A stretch of DNA of 64,000 bases from an uncultured Muribaculaceae bacterium (GTDB lineage: Bacteria > Bacillota_I > Bacilli_A > RF39 > UBA660). Of this stretch, positions 59,039 through 64,000 are shown piece after piece. The stretch spans positions 28,121 through 92,120 of the forward strand of contig CAZRJK010000001.1 of the NCBI GenBank assembly GCA_964600615.1, read 5' to 3'. The position numbers were made by a program, and so were the translations under genes. Under the pieces are notes generated by a model that did no database searches, was not told where the DNA came from, and saw only the letters and a list, made by a program, of their open reading frames with translations. Position 1 is the stretch's first letter. The number at the start of each line of letters is the position of its first letter.

Positions 59039-61357
59039 ATGAATAAAGTAGAAATAACAGAATTATTAAAAATGATAGCTAACAATTCTAAAATAAAAGA
59101 AGAAGAATTATCGGGAATAAATGAATTTAAAAAATTATATGACACTATTAATCAATATGAAAAACAAAACAAAACATATGAAGAAATAATGCAAAGTAAC
59201 AATAGTAGATTAGAATTCTTAATACATGCAGTAGATATTGCACTAAAATCAAAAGCTATTGATAAGAATACATCAGAATTAATATTAAATATGTATGAAA
59301 ATATATATAAATATTTATTTGAAAATAGTGAATTAGAAGAAATAAGAATACCAAATGATATGAAATCAAGATTAAAAGACAATATGATTTTACCAAATCC
59401 ATTCGAATTATTATTTGCTTTAACCTTAATTCAAGAAAATAAAAGAATATTTGAAAAATATTTTAATGGCAAGGAATTATCTCAAACAATTACACAAGGA
59501 TTACATACTAACATCAAAGAAGTATTAGAAATAAAAAAAGAAAATGTTGGCCATTTACTAGGCCTTACAAATGATGATGCGTTACAAAACTTTTATAGAA
59601 AAACAATAATAAATAGAATGATCAAAAAAATATGTAATGAAATAGGAATAGAAGAAAAAGATATAGAATCATCAGAAAAATTCAAAGAAATATTTAAAGA
59701 AATATTTAAATTAGATTACAGCAAAGAAAACAAAAATAAATTAATTTCTTTTGGAAACAGAAAAAATAAAGATAGTAGTGATATATCAGAAGAAGAAAAA
59801 ATAGCACTTGAAGAAACCTATGAATTAATACCAAAAGAACAAATAGTAGATTTCTATGCCAATAATCAAAACATTAATGAATTGATAAAAGAAAATAACG
59901 AAGTAAATGATTTTGTATATGAATATATAAAAAAAATGATAGATTATATAATAAAGCAAGGAAAAAAAGCAGACAAAAATATATTAAAAGAAACACTTAA
60001 TGATAACGAAGTAAACGAAATACTAAATAACAACTCAAATCAAAATAATGTTAGAAAATTAATAAATAAATATATAAATAAAACAAACCTAAATATTACA
60101 GATAATAAAGAATTTCAAACAGAATTTCAAAAAAAATTTGGATATCCCTTCCCATTAATTCAATATAATGAATTAGTATCAAAAAATATTAGTTTCTATA
60201 ATTTTTCTTTATTTAAGAATTTAAATAAAATAATTGTTGATTACCACAATTCTGGAAGCTTAGTAGGAGCAGATATTTTCCTAGTATCATATGCTAAAGA
60301 AAAGTACAAAAAATTTAAAGAAACAGTAACAGAAAAAATCAAAATAATAAAAGAAAAATATAGCAAAGTAGCCTTTAAAGAAGAAAATATTGAAGGACTA
60401 GAAAAAGAATATCTAAATAAACTAAAATCATTATTAATGTTTCCCCCAAGTACAAGATATTATCTTAGATTTGGATTCTCAACACCAATACCAAAAGATA
60501 AAGATGATCCATATAGCTTGTCAGAATTAAATGATTCAGAATTAAAACAAAAAAAAGAAAGAGCACAAATAGCACCAGAAGAAAACAAGGAATTATTAGA
60601 AGCCATAAATAAGGAATTAAGAAGAAGATTAGAAAACAAAAATAGAGTTGATAGTGAAAAAAAGATAAAAGAAGATATTCAAAAACAACTAGAAAAAGAA
60701 GAAGTTATCTCACTAATAGGATTTGGAACCACAGATGAAGAAAAAGAAAGAATATCAAAATTTATTGATACAGGCATTTCACCATTTGAACACCACCATC
60801 GCTGTAAAACAAACATGTCTGCCAATTTTCAAGACTATGAAACAGATTATTTAAAAAACGGAATAGAATATGATGTAGATATGATAGAATCATCAATTGA
60901 CGATTTAGACACTAAAGATGGTATAACAATAGACAGCACACAATCAAAACCTAAAATAGAACAAAAAAGAATTTTAAAAATAGTTAAACCATTAGAAATA
61001 TTAAATAATTATATTGATTTATTAAATGACTATAAAAATAAAAAAGATATAGATTATATTGAGAAACTAAAATGCGAATTATATCTAACAAAAGAAATAA
61101 AGAAATTAAACGAACTATATTTAAAAATAAAAGAAAATCAAACAAGAGTTCTAAATTATAAATTAAATAAATTAAACTCTAATATAAAAAATTTAAAACA
61201 AATAAAAAAAGAATTAAAAATAGCCAATAAAGAATATATAAAATTGCTAAAATACAATAAAATTATTACAGAATATTTAAAAGAATATGAGAAAATAATT
61301 TTAAATAATAATGATATAATATATAATGAAGAAAAAGATAACAAAAAACTACGCTAA
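59039..61357 (+). CDS. Large hypothetical protein (772 aa), K/E/N-rich with a C-terminal coiled coil
   Basis: No transmembrane helix and no recognisable catalytic motif. Confidence 0.4.
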   Translation: MNKVEITELLKMIANNSKIKEEELSGINEFKKLYDTINQYEKQNKTYEEIMQSNNSRLEFLIHAVDIALKSKAIDKNTSELILNMYENIYKYLFENSELEEIRIPNDMKSRLKDNMILPNPFELLFALTLIQENKRIFEKYFNGKELSQTITQGLHTNIKEVLEIKKENVGHLLGLTNDDALQNFYRKTIINRMIKKICNEIGIEEKDIESSEKFKEIFKEIFKLDYSKENKNKLISFGNRKNKDSSDISEEEKIALEETYELIPKEQIVDFYANNQNINELIKENNEVNDFVYEYIKKMIDYIIKQGKKADKNILKETLNDNEVNEILNNNSNQNNVRKLINKYINKTNLNITDNKEFQTEFQKKFGYPFPLIQYNELVSKNISFYNFSLFKNLNKIIVDYHNSGSLVGADIFLVSYAKEKYKKFKETVTEKIKIIKEKYSKVAFKEENIEGLEKEYLNKLKSLLMFPPSTRYYLRFGFSTPIPKDKDDPYSLSELNDSELKQKKERAQIAPEENKELLEAINKELRRRLENKNRVDSEKKIKEDIQKQLEKEEVISLIGFGTTDEEKERISKFIDTGISPFEHHHRCKTNMSANFQDYETDYLKNGIEYDVDMIESSIDDLDTKDGITIDSTQSKPKIEQKRILKIVKPLEILNNYIDLLNDYKNKKDIDYIEKLKCELYLTKEIKKLNELYLKIKENQTRVLNYKLNKLNSNIKNLKQIKKELKIANKEYIKLLKYNKIITEYLKEYEKIILNNNDIIYNEEKDNKKLR

Positions 61358-61433
61358 AAAATAATATTTATTATTATCTTTTGACAAATATAATAAAACA
61401 AATTATAATATACACCTCGGTTGAGGTGATTAC

Positions 61434-62303
61434 ATGAAAAACATTAACTATTATGAAGAAAAAAACTCTAAAATAAGAAATACTTTAAATTCTACTTCAC
61501 CAAATTGGAGTAAAGATCAAATAATTCGTTTTCTATATAAAAACCTTTCTTATTTTGTAAAAAGAGATCTCCATTTCTTCTTACAAAATAACGAAGGAAA
61601 ACAAAAACAAATATCTAATGGAATTATCGATAGATTTCCTAACATAATTTGTTATACCTTAGCAGAATTCTATTGTGCTGCTTTCAAAGAATTTGGCATA
61701 AATGCTAATATAACACAAGCTAATAGTTCATCAATACCTCTATATGCAATAGTAATAGAAGGAGATTATGGAAATTATTATCTAAATCCCTTAGAAGATT
61801 TATTTCTAAACCAATATGGATTAAAACCAAAAGCTTTTGGTTTTATCCCTAAATATAAAACAATAAATACCAAATATCCCAATCTTATTAAATTACCAAA
61901 AGAATACTTAACTGAATTAGATAAAAGCCTAAATTTTACTTATCTAGACGATTATTTCAAAGAATTAAAACTAATCATGAAAAACTATCCCACCGCATGT
62001 ACATTTCTTAACATAGAAAATAATCCCAGAAACAAAGATCTAAGAGAACAAAAAGTAAATTATATCTCTAATAATTTAATAAATAAAGGAAAAGTACACG
62101 GTATCTATGAAAGAGCCCAATTATATCATTTCTTAGATGAAAATCTATTAAATAAAACAGAAAAAAAACATACCAAAGTATTTATTGAAAATGATTCAAC
62201 AAATAAACCATTTATCTCATATAACATTATAAAATTAGATGAAACAATTACCTATCATGAAGAAAAAACAGATAAAGGCTATACTCTAATAAAACATCGT
62301 TAA
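61434..62303 (+). CDS. Hypothetical protein (289 aa)
   Basis: RBS GAGGTGA; no recognisable motif. Confidence 0.4.
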   Translation: MKNINYYEEKNSKIRNTLNSTSPNWSKDQIIRFLYKNLSYFVKRDLHFFLQNNEGKQKQISNGIIDRFPNIICYTLAEFYCAAFKEFGINANITQANSSSIPLYAIVIEGDYGNYYLNPLEDLFLNQYGLKPKAFGFIPKYKTINTKYPNLIKLPKEYLTELDKSLNFTYLDDYFKELKLIMKNYPTACTFLNIENNPRNKDLREQKVNYISNNLINKGKVHGIYERAQLYHFLDENLLNKTEKKHTKVFIENDSTNKPFISYNIIKLDETITYHEEKTDKGYTLIKHR

Positions 62304-62319
62304 TACGATGTTTTTTTTC
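62293..62319 (+). terminator. Rho-independent terminator
   Basis: aacatcgt taat acgatgtt plus T8. Confidence 0.6.
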
Positions 62320-62341
62320 TTTAATTTAAATTTATAAAAAT

Positions 62342-62391
62342 GCTCTCTTCCCCCTGAAGAGAGCGATTAACTTATGTCGCTCTCATTTTTG
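62342..62391 (+). other. GC-rich mutually exclusive hairpins (A: gctctcttc/gaagagagc; B: gagagcga/tcgctctc plus T-run)
   Basis: The segment gaagagagc is shared between the two stems; B is followed by ATTTTT. Confidence 0.4.
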
Positions 62392-62439
62392 TTAAGAAAT
62401 ATAAGGGTTTTACTGATTTTATTAATCTCTAAAAATAGG

Positions 62440-62461
62440 ATTAGGTACCAATTAGGTACCA
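62440..62461. repeat. Perfect tandem duplication of ATTAGGTACCA (two GGTACC sites)
   Basis: Read directly; GC-containing palindromic hexamers are rare in this background. Confidence 0.8.
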
Positions 62462-62528
62462 TTTTTATTTTTAATGTTAATTATTATGCAGATATTATAC
62501 AAGAAAACATTATAAATATACGTTTGGA

Positions 62529-62539
62529 TATGATATAAT
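62529..62539 (+). promoter_or_regulatory. Extended -10 promoter TATGATATAAT
   Basis: 30 nt before the ATG at 62569. Confidence 0.5.
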
Positions 62540-62568
62540 AGATACTATTAATCAGGGAGGTTTGCAAT

Positions 62569-64000
62569 ATGGAAAAAATACTATTAGACACTAATATGTT
62601 TATATATTTAGAAGATTATGCAGTTACTGAAGAAAAAGTTGCAACCTTGACAAAAAGACTTTTTGATTCTGATCAATATAAAATTGTAATTCATCCCAAG
62701 ACAAAAGAAGAAATATTAAAAATAAAGGAAGAAGAAAAGAGAAATATATTCTTTTCAAAAATTTCAGTATATAAGGAAATAAAATCGGCACCTATTGCAA
62801 CTGAAAAATTTCACAATCTCGTTGGATGTAGTAATAGTCATGATGCAATTGATAACGAGTTATTATTTTCAATACATAGAAATTGTGCTCAATACTTAAT
62901 TACAAATGATAAGGATTTAATTAAAAAAGCCCAAAAAGTTGACCTTAGTGATCGTGTTTTGTCAATTGACCAAGCACTTGAAAAATTTCAAGAAAATTCT
63001 TCAGAAGATATTAGAAAACCAGTATTTGTTAATTACAAATATTTACATGAATTAGATATAAACGACGATTTCTTTGATTCATTAAAAAAAGATTATGCAG
63101 GATTTGAAGAATGGTTTAAAAGGAAACAATTAGATGAAGCACAAGCATACGTAACTGAATTTGATGGACATTTGACATCATTTTTGATGCTTAAGGTGGA
63201 GGACAAAAAAGAGAAATACAAAAATTTTCTGAAGCCATTTAAACCAGCTATGCGACTAAAAATATCAACTTTAAAAGTTACGGACACCGGTAAACGAATA
63301 GGAGAAACATTCATTAAAATTATCATGGTTAAAGCAATAAAGGAGAGAGTTGATGAAATTTATGTAACTGTATTTGATAAACAAGAGTACTTAATAGATA
63401 TGCTTGAAAGCTACGGATTTAAAAAATATACTAAAAAGAAAACTTTAAGATCTGATGGTGAATATGAATTAGAAAATGTTATGGTAAAAAGTATGAAGAA
63501 TAAAGAAAACTATTATCCTTTTTTTGAAATAGATAATAACAGAATATTTCTTGTTCCAATACGTGATAATTACCATCATTTGCTATTTCAAGAATCAGAA
63601 AGACAAATTCAATTGAGTTTGGAAGATTTTCAGGGCAAAAACACTGCGTCTAACTCATTAAAAAAAGCATATTTGTGTAATTCAAAAATAAAGCAAATAC
63701 AAAAAGGATCTATTTTGTTATTTTATTCATCAGGCGCTAAAAAAGCAATTACGTCATTAGGAATTGTTGATGCAGTATTTAAGCAATTTAATAGTTTTGA
63801 AGAATTATATAATTTGGTAAAAAAGAGAACAGCTTATGATGAACAAGAACTCAGAAAAAATTATAGGAGCGATAAATTAGTAATATTATTTAAATTATAT
63901 TATTCTTTTGATAATTATGTTGACTTTAAATATCTAAAAGATAATGGAATAGTTAAAGGAGCAATTCAATCCATACAGCATATAACAAAAGAACAATTAT
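62569..64000 (+). CDS. PIN-like domain + GNAT acetyltransferase-like domain + uncharacterised C-terminal domain fusion (truncated at the window edge)
   Basis: AGGGAGG RBS; LLDTNMFI and LITNDKDL PIN-like motifs; GNAT-like TGKRIGETFIK...YGF; frame open to the end of the window; absent from the ORF track. Confidence 0.5.
   Translation, partial: MEKILLDTNMFIYLEDYAVTEEKVATLTKRLFDSDQYKIVIHPKTKEEILKIKEEEKRNIFFSKISVYKEIKSAPIATEKFHNLVGCSNSHDAIDNELLFSIHRNCAQYLITNDKDLIKKAQKVDLSDRVLSIDQALEKFQENSSEDIRKPVFVNYKYLHELDINDDFFDSLKKDYAGFEEWFKRKQLDEAQAYVTEFDGHLTSFLMLKVEDKKEKYKNFLKPFKPAMRLKISTLKVTDTGKRIGETFIKIIMVKAIKERVDEIYVTVFDKQEYLIDMLESYGFKKYTKKKTLRSDGEYELENVMVKSMKNKENYYPFFEIDNNRIFLVPIRDNYHHLLFQESERQIQLSLEDFQGKNTASNSLKKAYLCNSKIKQIQKGSILLFYSSGAKKAITSLGIVDAVFKQFNSFEELYNLVKKRTAYDEQELRKNYRSDKLVILFKLYYSFDNYVDFKYLKDNGIVKGAIQSIQHITKEQL

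Noticed and set aside
1-64000. CRISPR arrays, IS elements, integrases and rRNA genes
   Set aside because: No regularly spaced repeats, no transposase or integrase-like ORFs, and no rRNA-like GC-rich segments were seen.

Overview
This 64 kb window comes from a very AT-rich (about 25% GC) chromosome of a low-GC Gram-positive, Clostridia-like bacterium. The yqfC/yqfD sporulation pair suggests a spore-former, standard genetic code. Genes are tightly packed, mostly on the + strand, with short leaders and AGGTGA-type ribosome-binding sites. Many start sites sit about 20-30 nt downstream of a recurrent TATGATATAAT extended -10 promoter.

The core genes are ddl, the conserved rlmN-stp-prkC-rsgA-rpe operon, divergent tsaC and rpmB (rpmB is below the ORF-track size cut-off), a tRNA pair (CAU anticodon and Leu-UAG), yqfC-yqfD, parC/gyrA-family, murF, pcrA, sufB, a cell-wall amidase, ssb, ctpA, xfp phosphoketolase, capA-family, a heterodimeric ABC exporter, a PAP2 phosphatase and htrA.

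Accessory or unusual content includes:
- an agr-type quorum-sensing locus with unusual geometry: LytTR regulator and kinase on the + strand, convergent with an unannotated 40-aa AgrD propeptide plus agrB on the - strand;
- a pair of small genes after murF that share a duplicated about 45 nt junction (identical C-terminal codons, RBS and N-terminal codons);
- two secreted proteins, one with a dockerin-like module and Big_2 domains, one with cadherin-like repeats;
- a block of uncharacterised genes at 52.4-62.3 kb (DUF1003, DUF2779 nuclease-like, two HipA_C-like kinase folds, metallophosphoesterases, large coiled-coil proteins) containing a 136 nt direct repeat that brackets an apparently inserted gene;
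- a right-edge region with GC-rich mutually exclusive hairpins, a tandem GGTACC-containing 11-mer and a truncated PIN + GNAT + C-terminal-domain fusion gene.

All domain calls are from reading motifs by eye; no searches were run.
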